A stretch of 64,000 nt of DNA from contig SVRE01000005.1 of the NCBI GenBank assembly GCA_015065005.1, forward strand, positions 899 through 64,898, given 5' to 3'. The notes beneath the pieces were generated by a model. It worked only from the letters and a program-made list of their open reading frames with translations, made no database searches and was not told where the DNA came from. The number at the start of each line of letters is the position of its first letter. Within the stretch, counting starts at the first letter, position 1. A program made the position numbers and the translations under genes. The DNA is from Oscillospiraceae bacterium. Its GTDB lineage: Bacteria > Bacillota > Clostridia > Oscillospirales > CAG-272. Below are positions 18,578-28,686 of this stretch, piece after piece.

Positions 18578-19018
18578 ATGGAATGGTTTTGGCTTGCATT
18601 GGCAATTGCTTTAATGGTAGTTGAATTATCTACTGTTCAGCTGGTGTCCCTTTGGTTTTCCATCGGTGCCATAATTACATCAATTATCAAATTGATTTTT
18701 CCAAGCCTTGGTTTTCCGTGGCAGGCGCTTATTTTTGCGCTTGTGTCAGTTGCACTTTTGATTGCGACAAGACCGCTTGTGAAGAAGTTTCTAACAAAGC
18801 ACGGTGAAGGGCAAAAGACAAATTTAGAGCTTGTTCTTGGCAAGGAAGCAATTGTGGTTGAGGAAATTAATAATATCAGGGGAGAGGGCGCCATAAAAAT
18901 AAACGGAATTGTTTGGAGTGCCCGTTCAGTTGACAATAATATAATTCCCGCCGATACAATAGTAATTTTTAAAGAAATAAACGGCAATAAAGCCGTAGTT
19001 GAGAAAAAAGGAGAATAA
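18578..19018 (+). CDS. NfeD-like membrane protein
   Basis: Three TMs plus OB fold G.IKINGIVWSARS; upstream of an SPFH gene; own promoter TTGACA-17-TATACT at 18529-18557. Confidence 0.9.
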   Translation: MEWFWLALAIALMVVELSTVQLVSLWFSIGAIITSIIKLIFPSLGFPWQALIFALVSVALLIATRPLVKKFLTKHGEGQKTNLELVLGKEAIVVEEINNIRGEGAIKINGIVWSARSVDNNIIPADTIVIFKEINGNKAVVEKKGE

Positions 19019-19021
19019 TAT

Positions 19022-19945
19022 ATGTGGTTAATACCTGTTATAATTGTTGTTTTGTTAGCAGTTGTTGTAATCATTAACATCAAAATTGTGCCACAGTCAA
19101 GGGCGTATGTAATTGAGCGCCTTGGCGCATATCACTGCACCTGGGACACAGGCTTGCATTTTTTAATCCCCATCATTGATAGGGTTTCAAAGCAGGTTTC
19201 CTTGAAGGAGCAGGTGGCGGACTTCCCACCGCAGCCGGTTATTACAAAGGATAATGTAACAATGCAAATCGATACAGTCGTGTTCTTCCAGATAACAGAC
19301 CCTAAGCTGTTTGCATACGGTGTTGAAAATCCAATCGCCGCTATTGAAAACTTAACGGCAACAACATTGCGTAACATAATCGGTGACCTTGAGCTTGACC
19401 ATACATTGACCTCAAGAGATACAATCAATGCAAAAATCCGTTCAATTCTTGATGAAGCAACAGACCCTTGGGGTATCAAAATAAACAGAGTAGAGCTTAA
19501 GAATATTAAGCCACCTGCTGAAATCCAGGATGCGATGGAAAAGCAGATGAAGGCAGAGCGTCAAAGACGTGAGGCAATATTGAGGGCAGAGGGTGAAAAG
19601 TCAAGTAACATTCTTGTAGCCCAGGGTAAAAAGGAAAGTCAGATTCTGGAGGCAGAGGCTGCAAAGCAAGCCGCAATTCTTCAGGCAGAGGCTGAAAAGG
19701 AAGCGAGAATAAGAAGGGCAGAGGGTGAGGCTGAAGCAATTCTTAAAATCAACCAAGCAGAGGCGGAGTCAATCAGACTTATTAACGAAGCATCTCCAAG
19801 TGCTGAATACTTGACAATTAAAAAGCTTGAATCCTTTGAAAAGGTGTCAGACGGTAATGCAACTAAGGTAATTATCCCAAGTGACCTGCAAAATGTTGTT
19901 GGACTTGTAAATACAATTGCCGAAAGCACAAAGGAAAACAAATAA
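19022..19945 (+). CDS. SPFH/stomatin (band 7) family protein
   Basis: IVPQ..AYVIERLG, PQPVITKDNV, TTLRNIIG, DEATDPWGIK and MEKQMKAER. Confidence 0.95.
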   Translation: MWLIPVIIVVLLAVVVIINIKIVPQSRAYVIERLGAYHCTWDTGLHFLIPIIDRVSKQVSLKEQVADFPPQPVITKDNVTMQIDTVVFFQITDPKLFAYGVENPIAAIENLTATTLRNIIGDLELDHTLTSRDTINAKIRSILDEATDPWGIKINRVELKNIKPPAEIQDAMEKQMKAERQRREAILRAEGEKSSNILVAQGKKESQILEAEAAKQAAILQAEAEKEARIRRAEGEAEAILKINQAEAESIRLINEASPSAEYLTIKKLESFEKVSDGNATKVIIPSDLQNVVGLVNTIAESTKENK

Positions 19946-19948
19946 ATC

Positions 19949-19980
19949 AAAGCCGATATGGAGGTATCCATATCGGCTTT
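19949..19980. terminator. Bidirectional terminator
   Basis: AAAGCCGATATGGA...TCCATATCGGCTTT between convergent genes. Confidence 0.8.
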
Positions 19981-20001
19981 TAAAGTGTTTCGATAAAACT
20001 G

Positions 20002-21312
20002 TTAGTTGCTAATAACCTCAGCATAAATATATTCACCGTCTGTATGCGTTGGCTTCACTGTCAAAATTTCGTTTCCGCGCGGCGTATCACTTTTAACCTT
20101 AACCTCAATGAAATTTGGCGTGTGACCTGAGATATATTCACCGTCATAGCTTTCAAAAAGCACCTCTGTTTTGGCATTAGACAAAACAAAATTCTCCAAA
20201 AGCTCTTTCTTTATTGCTTTTTGTTGGCTTTCAAGCATATGTAAGCGCTCTTTTTTTATATTCTCGAGAACTTGATTTTTCATTGTAGCGGCAGGAGTGC
20301 CCGCCCGCTTGGAATAAGGGAAAATGTGCAGGTGCAAAAACCTTTCTTTTTCAAAAAAACTTAGCGTTTCCTTGAAGTCCTCATCGCTTTCATTTGGAAA
20401 ACCGGTTATAACATCAGCGGACAGCATAAGTGAAGGGATGCATTCCTTAAGATAATGCAAATTGCGTTGTGCCATTTGTATGTTGTACTTTCTTTTCATT
20501 TCATTAAGGGTTTTAGTGCATCCGCTTTGCATTGAAATGTGAAAATGCGGCATTACCTTGTCAATTGTTTTGATTTTATCAACAAATTCCTTGGTGATTG
20601 CACTCGGGTCAAGTGAGCCTAATCGTATTCTTTTCAAGCCCGGTATTTTACTCACCTCAAGGAGTAAATCCCCGAGGGAGTGTTTGATTTTTAAATCTTT
20701 TCCGTATGCAGCCGTCTCAATTCCGGTCAGCACAATTTCCTGGCATCCCTCGCAAACAATCCTGTTTGCCTCGGCCAAAATGTTTTCAACCGTGTCAGAG
20801 CGCACGCTACCCCTTGCATAAGGGATAATGCAGTATGCACATTTGGAGTTGCACCCGTCTTGAATTTTAATAAAGGCGCGTGTTCTTGTTAAGGGTGCGC
20901 CCACACTCATTGAGTCAAATTTGCCGCTATAAATATCAGACATTATAAGCTGACATTCTGGGGCATTGCCTTTTACAAGCTCAAGGGCCTTCTTCGCAAT
21001 AATGGATTTATCGTTGTTTCCGCAAACAAGGCTGACCCCTTCGATGCTCATGGCATCCTTAGGGTTGATCTGCGAATAACAGCCTGTAACAATAGTGACA
21101 GCATTGGGGTTTTTGGAAGATAAACGGCGGATAATCTGCTTTGATTTCCTGTCACTCTCGCCGGTAACGGAGCAGGTGTTTATAATACAAATGTCGCAAT
21201 TTTCATTGGGACCTACAATTAAAACACCGTTTTCTTTCAGTTCTTGCATTATTGCATCACTTTCGTATTGGTTGACCCTACAACCGAGTGTATAAATACA
21301 AGCCTTAAGCAT
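20002..21312 (-). CDS. mtaB: tRNA t6A37 methylthiotransferase (radical SAM)
   Basis: TLGCRVNQYES, NTCSVT, TRAFIKIQDGCNSKCAYCIIPYARG and HIFPYSKRAGTPAA. Confidence 0.9.
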   Translation of the reverse strand: MLKACIYTLGCRVNQYESDAIMQELKENGVLIVGPNENCDICIINTCSVTGESDRKSKQIIRRLSSKNPNAVTIVTGCYSQINPKDAMSIEGVSLVCGNNDKSIIAKKALELVKGNAPECQLIMSDIYSGKFDSMSVGAPLTRTRAFIKIQDGCNSKCAYCIIPYARGSVRSDTVENILAEANRIVCEGCQEIVLTGIETAAYGKDLKIKHSLGDLLLEVSKIPGLKRIRLGSLDPSAITKEFVDKIKTIDKVMPHFHISMQSGCTKTLNEMKRKYNIQMAQRNLHYLKECIPSLMLSADVITGFPNESDEDFKETLSFFEKERFLHLHIFPYSKRAGTPAATMKNQVLENIKKERLHMLESQQKAIKKELLENFVLSNAKTEVLFESYDGEYISGHTPNFIEVKVKSDTPRGNEILTVKPTHTDGEYIYAEVISN

Positions 21313-21442
21313 ATTATCCCCCCTTTGTTTTTTAGTATTTTATCATAAAAGTAGTAAGTTGTAAACAAAAAAACGAAAATTACTTGAAAAGAGCAAAGAA
21401 AATCTATATAATAAAGCTATAGTAACATATAGCAGAGGTAAA

Positions 21443-22441
21443 ATGAGAGAGTTTATAATCAATTCAAATGACGCAGGTCAACGCTTGGACAAATTTGTCT
21501 TAAAAGCGGTTAAGGGAATGCCCATTTCCTTGATGTATAAGGCCATTCGTCTTAAAAAAATAAAAGTCAACAGGAAAAGGGCGGAGCAAAAGCAAATTCT
21601 TTGCAAGGGTGACACGGTTCAGATGTTTTTAAATGAGGATTTGTTTTCGGAAAAAATAACCGATAACGAGCTTCTCACAGTTAAAACCAACTTGAATATA
21701 GTTTATGAGGACGAAAACATTTTGATTTGTGATAAGGCACCGGGGGTTTTGGTTCACAGTGGAGACGGTGATGGTAAGGTTAGTGGGGATGGCAATGTAA
21801 ATGACCGTAATACACTTGTATATCATATTCAAGCCTATCTTGCCCAAAAGGGGGAGTATGTGCCTGATATGGAAAGCTCATTTGCTCCCGCGCTATGCAA
21901 TCGGATTGACAGAAACACAGGCGGAATGGTGATTTCTGCAAAGAACGCACAGGCGCTAAGAGACATGAATGAAAGAATAAAAAACAACGAAATCACAAAA
22001 AAGTATTTGTGTGTTGTGCATGGCTCCTTACCCCAAAAAACAGACACTCTGTGCGACTTTTTGCTAAAAGATAGCAAAAATAACAAGGTTAAAGTGCTAA
22101 AAAACAAGACAAGCGGGGCGAAGGAAATTATTACAAAATACAGGCTTATCAAGTTTGATAATGAGAAAAAGTTATCTTTGGTTGAAATCGAGCTGGTAAC
22201 AGGAAGGACACACCAGATAAGAGCTCATATGGCATCAATTGGCAACCCTCTATTGGGGGACGGAAAATATGCGGTGAATGAAAAGGATAGGCGCATGGGT
22301 TATAACCATCAAGCGCTGTATTCGTACAAGCTGACATTTGGTGATGCACAGGATAGCCTTTCATATCTCAACGGAAAAACCATTGAGGTAAGCCCCAAAA
22401 GCATTTATTTTTTGAAAGAATTTGATAAAACAACAAAGTAA
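21443..22441 (+). CDS. RluA-family pseudouridine synthase (RluC/D-like, S4 domain)
   Basis: GQRLDKF, NRIDRNTGG and LVTGRTHQIRAH..IGNPLLGDGKY. Confidence 0.93.
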   Translation: MREFIINSNDAGQRLDKFVLKAVKGMPISLMYKAIRLKKIKVNRKRAEQKQILCKGDTVQMFLNEDLFSEKITDNELLTVKTNLNIVYEDENILICDKAPGVLVHSGDGDGKVSGDGNVNDRNTLVYHIQAYLAQKGEYVPDMESSFAPALCNRIDRNTGGMVISAKNAQALRDMNERIKNNEITKKYLCVVHGSLPQKTDTLCDFLLKDSKNNKVKVLKNKTSGAKEIITKYRLIKFDNEKKLSLVEIELVTGRTHQIRAHMASIGNPLLGDGKYAVNEKDRRMGYNHQALYSYKLTFGDAQDSLSYLNGKTIEVSPKSIYFLKEFDKTTK

Positions 22442-22548
22442 CAACAAAAAAATTATTTTTTATTTTAAAAACTGTTGACAATGTTTTTATTTTGTTATAT
22501 AATTTAATATATAAAACTTTGGATAGTCTTTTGTCAAGGAGGATTGCT

Positions 22549-23664
22549 ATGAGCGATAATAAAGATATGAAGATTCCTGCTACTATGGCAGAAAATACGG
22601 TTTTATCAAAGGATAAGCGCGGGTTCCCTTTCAGAAAGGTGTTGTTCGGCATTGTTGTTGCCGTTCTTGTTATTTCACTTGTTCTTTTGGTAATTAACCT
22701 GGTTATTAACAGCTATTTAAGCAAGGTGACTATTTTTGACGGTGTGTGGGAGCTTGATACAGTTAAAATGTATATTATGCCACTATACAGAAATAATCCG
22801 AAATTCTTTGCACAAACCGAAGAATTGCATGATGCAAGTGATAAGGTTTTGCTTAACTATGCGCAGGCTTCATCTACTGTAAAGGTTGATGAAAATGTGT
22901 TTAACTATGCTATTTTCGGTACTGACCAATTTGATGAATCAACAAGTGGAAGTGCTGACATTATAATGATGGCGTCTGTTAATAAGGCTACAAACCAAGT
23001 AACATATCTTGCGTTTGAAACAAGAATGCTTGTATACATCCCCGGCGTTGGTATCGGTCCTCTGTGTGATGCATACACCTTGGGTGGTTCACAGCTTTTG
23101 GCAAATGCTATTTCATTAAACTACGGTATTCAAATTGACGGCTTTGTTGAATTAAATATGGCGGCTTTTGTTGAAATCATTGATAACTATGGTGCTTTGA
23201 GCTTCAAGGCTGATGCAGCTTTTGTTGAAAAGCTTAATGCCGACATTGATAGCTTTAATGAATCAAAGGGTTTATCTGGTGATAGCGCTACTAAAAAGGC
23301 AAAGCTTGAAAAGAACATGGTATATCTTGATGGTAAGCAGACACTTGCTTATTTAAGAAGCGCAGGAGAAAACAAGTCTGCAATTGCGAACAATATTATT
23401 TCTCAGCTTACAAAGATGATTTTTGAAAAGGGCTTTGGCGGAGTTAAGCAAACTCTTGATATCGCTCTTGAGAGAACAACAGTTTCTCTTGTTAGAGATG
23501 ATGTTGGTGCATTGTTAAGAATTGGTATTTCTGTTCTCGGTTCTATTGATTCTATTCCTGTCGGAAGCATGGAAGGTAAGACATTGGTAAGAGATGCCGG
23601 TGGATATATTTGTGATTATCAAGCTGAAAGAGCTGTAATTTTACAAGAGCTTTATGGTGAATAA
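22549..23664 (+). CDS. LytR-CpsA-Psr (LCP) family protein, divergent
   Basis: N-terminal TM, NYAIFGTD, ADIIMMASV, AYTLGG..LL...I..NYGIQIDGFV, F.EIID..G and LDGKQTLAYLR. Promoter TTGACA-17-TATAAT at 22475-22503. Confidence 0.75.
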   Translation: MSDNKDMKIPATMAENTVLSKDKRGFPFRKVLFGIVVAVLVISLVLLVINLVINSYLSKVTIFDGVWELDTVKMYIMPLYRNNPKFFAQTEELHDASDKVLLNYAQASSTVKVDENVFNYAIFGTDQFDESTSGSADIIMMASVNKATNQVTYLAFETRMLVYIPGVGIGPLCDAYTLGGSQLLANAISLNYGIQIDGFVELNMAAFVEIIDNYGALSFKADAAFVEKLNADIDSFNESKGLSGDSATKKAKLEKNMVYLDGKQTLAYLRSAGENKSAIANNIISQLTKMIFEKGFGGVKQTLDIALERTTVSLVRDDVGALLRIGISVLGSIDSIPVGSMEGKTLVRDAGGYICDYQAERAVILQELYGE

Positions 23665-23704
23665 TATCAAAGCTGGCCATTCGGTCAGCTTTCTTTTAAA
23701 AATC

Positions 23705-23736
23705 TTGTCACCCTGGACTTACACTAAGGGTGACAC
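23705..23736. promoter_or_regulatory. BirA (biotin repressor) operator
   Basis: TGTCACCC-N14-GGGTGACA, resembling the BirA box TGTCAACC-N14-GGTTGACA, directly upstream of the birA RBS. Confidence 0.8.
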
Positions 23737-23746
23737 AAGGAGAAAA

Positions 23747-24721
23747 ATGAAAACTAAAGATAAAATTTTGGAAATATTATATAGCAAGGATGGGTATATT
23801 TCCGGCGCAGAAATGGCTAAATGCTTGGGCATCAGTCGTAACTCTGTGTGGAAGTGCATTAATCAGTTGAAAGCGGAAGGATACTCTATCAGCACATCGA
23901 ACATGGGATATTGCCTTGATATGTGTGATGAGCTTGATGAGTTTTCCGTAAGAAGACATTTAACAACTGAGCATAAGCTATATATATATAGGAAAGAAAG
24001 CTCATCAAACACAGTGGCGAAATTACTTTGCCAAAACGGAGAAAAAGAGGGTAGTGTTGTAATTGTCAAATCCCAAACAGGCGGCAGGGGGAGAATGGGC
24101 AGGAGCTTTATTTCGGAAAGCGAAAACGGACTTTATATGTCTATAATTTTGCGCCCAAAAATAACAGCAGACAAATGTGTAAACATAACTGTAGCAGGTG
24201 CTGTTGCAGTGCTGGAGGCAATTGAAAAAATATCAAACAAGGCATGTCAGATTAAATGGGTAAACGATATTTATATTGGAGAAAAAAAGTGCTGTGGGAT
24301 TTTAACGGAGGCATCATTTGATTTTGAAAGCGGAATAGTTCAATATGCGGTAATAGGAATCGGCGTGAATCTGTGCCCACCGACAGGCGGATTTGACAAG
24401 GAAATTAAAGAAATAGCCTGTGGAGTGTATGAAAATGAGTGTCCGAAGGGCATCAAAGCAAGGCTGTGTGCTCAAATTATCAATGACTTTTTTAAGTACT
24501 ATAATAGACTTGATAAAAAAGAATATATAAAGAAATATAAGGAAAAATCCAATATCATAGGCAAAAACGTTGACGTGTACGTGGGGAATGAAATTGTCAG
24601 CGGCGTAGCAACAAATATTGATAACAGTGCAAATTTAATTGTGAAAGACGAAAAAGGAAAATTGCATACCTTCAATTCGGGAGAGGCAAGGGTAAGGAAG
24701 AGTGGAAAGGGGATCAATTAA
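23747..24721 (+). CDS. birA: Bifunctional biotin ligase/repressor
   Basis: N-terminal HTH (ISGAEMAKCLGISRNSVWK), QTGGRGRMGRSF, IKWVNDI, KKCCGILTE and FNSGE. Confidence 0.95.
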   Translation: MKTKDKILEILYSKDGYISGAEMAKCLGISRNSVWKCINQLKAEGYSISTSNMGYCLDMCDELDEFSVRRHLTTEHKLYIYRKESSSNTVAKLLCQNGEKEGSVVIVKSQTGGRGRMGRSFISESENGLYMSIILRPKITADKCVNITVAGAVAVLEAIEKISNKACQIKWVNDIYIGEKKCCGILTEASFDFESGIVQYAVIGIGVNLCPPTGGFDKEIKEIACGVYENECPKGIKARLCAQIINDFFKYYNRLDKKEYIKKYKEKSNIIGKNVDVYVGNEIVSGVATNIDNSANLIVKDEKGKLHTFNSGEARVRKSGKGIN

Positions 24722-25214
24722 AAGCTTAACATTTATTTCCTTGTGCGTAGCCATGATGGCGATAATTTCTCAGCTTTCCGTTCCAATTGGTGCAGTCCCA
24801 ATCACGCTGCAGGCGTTGTCTGTTGCATTTATAGGTTACTTTTTGGGTGTAAAAAAAGGCTTGGTTGCTATTTTGGCTTACATTCTTTTAGGTGCTGTGG
24901 GCGCCCCTGTATTTGCAGGCTTTCAAGGGGGCTTTCATATGCTGATTGGCTACACAGGGGGCTTTATTTTCGGCTTTGTTCCCTTTACCTGCCTTTGCGG
25001 TATAGGGAGCAAAAAATGGGTAAAAATTGCCCTCGGTATGCTTGGGCTTTTGCTTTGCCATATTATAGGAATAATACAATATTCAATTTTGGCAGGGCTT
25101 AAGTTGTGGCTATCCTTTTTATCGGTATCATTGCCGTATCTTTTAAAGGATATAATGTTGACAGCTTCAGCATATTTTATCGCAGAAAAGGTGAAACAAA
25201 TAAAACGGTGCTAG
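24702..25214 (+). CDS. bioY: Biotin ECF S component
   Basis: VPITLQ, YILLGAVGAPVFAG and TGGFIFGF. Confidence 0.92.
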   Translation: MERGSIKSLTFISLCVAMMAIISQLSVPIGAVPITLQALSVAFIGYFLGVKKGLVAILAYILLGAVGAPVFAGFQGGFHMLIGYTGGFIFGFVPFTCLCGIGSKKWVKIALGMLGLLLCHIIGIIQYSILAGLKLWLSFLSVSLPYLLKDIMLTASAYFIAEKVKQIKRC

Positions 25215-25240
25215 TCCATTTGATGGCTAACACCGTTTTT
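25202..25240. terminator. Bidirectional terminator between bioY and ung
   Basis: AAAACGGTG...CACCGTTTT. Confidence 0.65.
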
Positions 25241-25914
25241 TATTCATTTACACTGTTCCAGTCAATTGCCTCTTGCCCTGTTTTAGTTAAAAATTCATTT
25301 GCCTTTGAAAAATGCTTGCAGCCGAAAAAGCCGTTATAAGCGGAAAGCGGGGACGGATGTACCGTCTCAAGCACTAAATGGTGCTTTCCCGTTATGTAAA
25401 CCTTTTTGCTTCTTGCATTGCCTCCCCAAAGAAGGAAAACAATGGGGCGCTGGCTGCTATTCAGCAATTTTATTACATTATCAGTAAAGGTTGCCCAACC
25501 TATTTTTTGGTGGCTGTTTGCCTGTCCTTGGCGCACAGTCAGCGTAGCATTGAGAAGCAAAACACCCTGCTTGGCCCAAGAGGTCAGCTCACCGTGATTC
25601 GGTATTTCCATTCCAATATCATCGTGCAGCTCCTTGTAAATATTTACAAGTGATGGCGGAATTTTTACCCCCCTTTTAACCGAAAAGGAAAGTCCGTGTG
25701 CCTGTCCGGGCTCGTGGTATGGGTCTTGTCCTAAAATAACAACCTTAGTGTTTTCAAATGGCGTATATTTCAGTGCATTGAAAATATCGTGCATAGGTGG
25801 AAAAATACTTTTTGTAAAATACTCGCTTTTAAGGTATTCACGAATTTTAAGGTAGTAGTCCTTTTCAAATTCACCCTTTAAAATTTCATCCCAATCATTA
25901 CCCAAATTTACCAT
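25240..25914 (-). CDS. ung: Uracil-DNA glycosylase
   Basis: VVILGQDPYH, AHGLSFSV, GVLLLNATLTV and HPSPLS. Confidence 0.97.
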   Translation of the reverse strand: MVNLGNDWDEILKGEFEKDYYLKIREYLKSEYFTKSIFPPMHDIFNALKYTPFENTKVVILGQDPYHEPGQAHGLSFSVKRGVKIPPSLVNIYKELHDDIGMEIPNHGELTSWAKQGVLLLNATLTVRQGQANSHQKIGWATFTDNVIKLLNSSQRPIVFLLWGGNARSKKVYITGKHHLVLETVHPSPLSAYNGFFGCKHFSKANEFLTKTGQEAIDWNSVNE

Positions 25915-26051
25915 AAAATCACCTCACTTTTATGTTATCATTTTTGGGCTTTTTTGTCAATAAAATTTGCTTATTTACTTGAAATATAAGCATATATATG
26001 ATATACTAACCACGTAGAAGCACTACAATTTTTTAATCAAGGAGTATTAAA

Positions 26052-26792
26052 ATGATTAGAGTAACAGTTTGGAACGAGTATTGTCACGAGCAAGAGGAAG
26101 AAAGGATCAGAAAGGTATATCCTAACGGTATACATAATGCGATTGCTGAGTTCCTTGGCGCTAACGATGATATACAGGTAACAACAGCAACACTTTATGA
26201 TGAAAATATGCAGTTAAGACCTAATGCAGGCATTACAGATGAATTGCTTGCCAATACAGACGTTATGTTTTGGTGGGGTCACGTAAGACATGGTGAGGTG
26301 CCTGATGAAATTGCAATCAAGGTTAAGGAAGCGGTTCTTTCAGGTATGGGTATCGTGTTCCTTCATTCTGCACATCACTCCAAGCCCTTCAAGCTTTTAA
26401 TGGGTACAACCTGTAACCTTGGCTGGAGAGAAAGTGATGATAAGGAAAGGCTTTGGATTCTTGACCATAACCACCCAATTATGGCTGGTATTGAGGGTAG
26501 ATATTTTGAGCTTGAGGCTGAGGAAACATATACTGAGCCATTTGGTGTTCCCGACCCTGATAAGCTTCTTTTGATTGGCTGGTATAACGGTGGTGAGGTT
26601 TTCCGTTCAGGCTGTATCTGGAGACGTGAAAACGGTAAGGTGTTCTACTTCCAGCCCGGTCACGAGTCATATCCAACCTTCTATAACCCAACAGTACAAA
26701 AGATTCTTACAAACGCTGCACGCTGGACAGCACCTGTTTGTCCAAGAATGCCCCTTGAGTGTCCTTGGGTTGCAAGATTAGAGGAAAAATAA
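26052..26792 (+). CDS. ThuA domain (trehalose utilisation, GATase1-like) protein
   Basis: RVTVWNE..HE, VYPNGIH, WWGH..H, LHSAHHSK, GGEVFRSG and FYFQPGHESYP. Confidence 0.9.
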   Translation: MIRVTVWNEYCHEQEEERIRKVYPNGIHNAIAEFLGANDDIQVTTATLYDENMQLRPNAGITDELLANTDVMFWWGHVRHGEVPDEIAIKVKEAVLSGMGIVFLHSAHHSKPFKLLMGTTCNLGWRESDDKERLWILDHNHPIMAGIEGRYFELEAEETYTEPFGVPDPDKLLLIGWYNGGEVFRSGCIWRRENGKVFYFQPGHESYPTFYNPTVQKILTNAARWTAPVCPRMPLECPWVARLEEK

Positions 26793-27814
26793 TGCTTAAG
26801 TTTGGTATGATTGGCGTGGGCAAAATATGCCAAGGCTGTCATTTGCCCGCATACGATAAAATCAATGATGTTGAAATCGTTGCTCTTTGCGATATAAATG
26901 AGGAAAGACTAAAAGAGGTTGGTAAAAAATATCCAAACGCAAGGCTTTACTCCGATTATAAGGAAATGATAAACAAGGAAGAGCTTGATGCGGTAGATAT
27001 CTGCACACCGAATAATATTCACTCACAGGCGGCTATTTACGCTCTTGACAAGGGCTTGCACGTTATGTGTGAAAAGCCGGATGCCGTAAGCGTTAGCGAG
27101 GCAGAAAAAATGAAGGCTGCCGCTGAAAAAAGCGGAAAAACCTTAATGGTTATGAGGAATAACCGTTACCGCCCGTCAACAAAGTTCTTAAAGCAATATA
27201 TTGCCGAGGGCAAAATGGGTAAAATTTATGCAGGCCGTTGCGGCTGGATCAGGCGCCGCGGTATTCCTGGTTGGGGCGGCTGGTTCACCGACAAGGCGCA
27301 GGCTGGCGGCGGACCGCTTATTGATTTGGGTGTTCATATTATTGACCTTTCAATGTACTTAATGGGCAATGCTAAGCCTGTAACCGTTAGTGGATGTACA
27401 TATCTTAAATTCCCGCACACCTCATATTCTAAAATAGATGTTGAGGATTTGGCAATGGGCTTTATCCGCTTTGATAACGGCGCTTGCTTGCAAATTGAGT
27501 TTTCTTGGGCTTCCAATATCCCTGGGGACCAAATGTTTGTGGAGCTTCGCGGTACAAAGGCAGGCTCAAGGATGTCAGGTATTGACAGGAAGTTTGAAAT
27601 ATTTACTGAGGAATGTGGAGTTAACACATACCTAAAGCCTGATATTGATGACTATAACTGTCCCCCACACCATGAGCAAAATATACGTCACTTTATTGAC
27701 GTTATAAACGGCAAGGCAGAGCCGGACTTTACCCCTGAGCAAGGACTTAATATGGTCAAAATCTTGGAGGCACTTTATAAGTCAGCCGAGCTTGGTCACG
27801 AAATAGAGCTATAA
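26792..27814 (+). CDS. Gfo/Idh/MocA oxidoreductase
   Basis: GMIGVGKI, HVMCEKP, RRRGIPGWGGWF and GGGPLIDLGVH; TAATG translational coupling to the ThuA gene. Confidence 0.93.
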   Translation: MLKFGMIGVGKICQGCHLPAYDKINDVEIVALCDINEERLKEVGKKYPNARLYSDYKEMINKEELDAVDICTPNNIHSQAAIYALDKGLHVMCEKPDAVSVSEAEKMKAAAEKSGKTLMVMRNNRYRPSTKFLKQYIAEGKMGKIYAGRCGWIRRRGIPGWGGWFTDKAQAGGGPLIDLGVHIIDLSMYLMGNAKPVTVSGCTYLKFPHTSYSKIDVEDLAMGFIRFDNGACLQIEFSWASNIPGDQMFVELRGTKAGSRMSGIDRKFEIFTEECGVNTYLKPDIDDYNCPPHHEQNIRHFIDVINGKAEPDFTPEQGLNMVKILEALYKSAELGHEIEL

Positions 27815-27883
27815 TTAAAATGAGCTTGCAGCGTATACTGCAAGCTCTATTTTTCTTTATTCACAATCATTACATTAATCGGT

Positions 27884-28225
27884 TTATTTTTCTGTATTCA
27901 CAATTATAACGCTAATCGGTTTGCTTTTCTTTTTGGCATAATCTATTGTGTATTTCGTTCCTCTTGATTTTTTGTCCCATATAACAAGTATACTGTCTGC
28001 TATATCTATCATTTCCTCATTACGCTTCAAGGGTGCGCCCTTGCCATATAAATTGTATTTTGGACGCAATACTAATTTAGATAAATTATGCTTATCCGCA
28101 TATTTTTCTGCAAGAGTGTCAATCCCTTTGGCACCACCGCTAATAATAAGCTCAACATCATTTGAAATGTAATTTTCCAAATTAAAATCAGTTATTGTTC
28201 TTGACCCTGCGATCATTAATTTCAT
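27884..28225 (-). CDS. SLOG-superfamily protein (YspA/DUF2493-like)
   Basis: IAGSR, ISGGAKGIDTLAEKYA, YGKGAPLKRNEEM and WDKKSRGTKYTI. Confidence 0.8.
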   Translation of the reverse strand: MKLMIAGSRTITDFNLENYISNDVELIISGGAKGIDTLAEKYADKHNLSKLVLRPKYNLYGKGAPLKRNEEMIDIADSILVIWDKKSRGTKYTIDYAKKKSKPISVIIVNTEK

Positions 28226-28348
28226 AAAATACCTCGAAGCGATTAAAAAATTCCTATGTAATATATAGGGTTTACTATATTATACCAAGTAAATATTAAT
28301 TTGTAAATAGGCTATAATAAATTTACAATAATATGCGGAGGTAATAAT

Positions 28349-28585
28349 ATGCTTGAAAGTCAATATAAAATGAATTTAATTAAGATTGGATTAAAGATTG
28401 CATATTATAGAAAGCTCCAGGGTATGACACAGGAGGAAATGGCTGAAGCTTGTGATTTGTCAGCAGGTTATGTATCACAGCTTGAAGCTCCAAATTGCTA
28501 TTTTTGCCCGTCACTTAAAACCTTGTTTAAAATTGCTGAGGTTTTAGGTACAACAGTGTCAAAGCTAACGGATATCGAGGACTAA
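28349..28585 (+). CDS. XRE-family HTH transcriptional regulator
   Basis: IGLKIAYYRKLQGMTQEEMAE...YVSQLE..PSLKTLFKIAEVL. Confidence 0.9.
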   Translation: MLESQYKMNLIKIGLKIAYYRKLQGMTQEEMAEACDLSAGYVSQLEAPNCYFCPSLKTLFKIAEVLGTTVSKLTDIED

Positions 28586-28686
28586 AAAGCGCCTTCTCAA
28601 AATAAAGAGAAGGTGCTTTTATTCTATTGATTTTTTGTGCATATTATGGTAAAATAAGTAAAAGCAAATTCAAGGAGGCTTACCAT

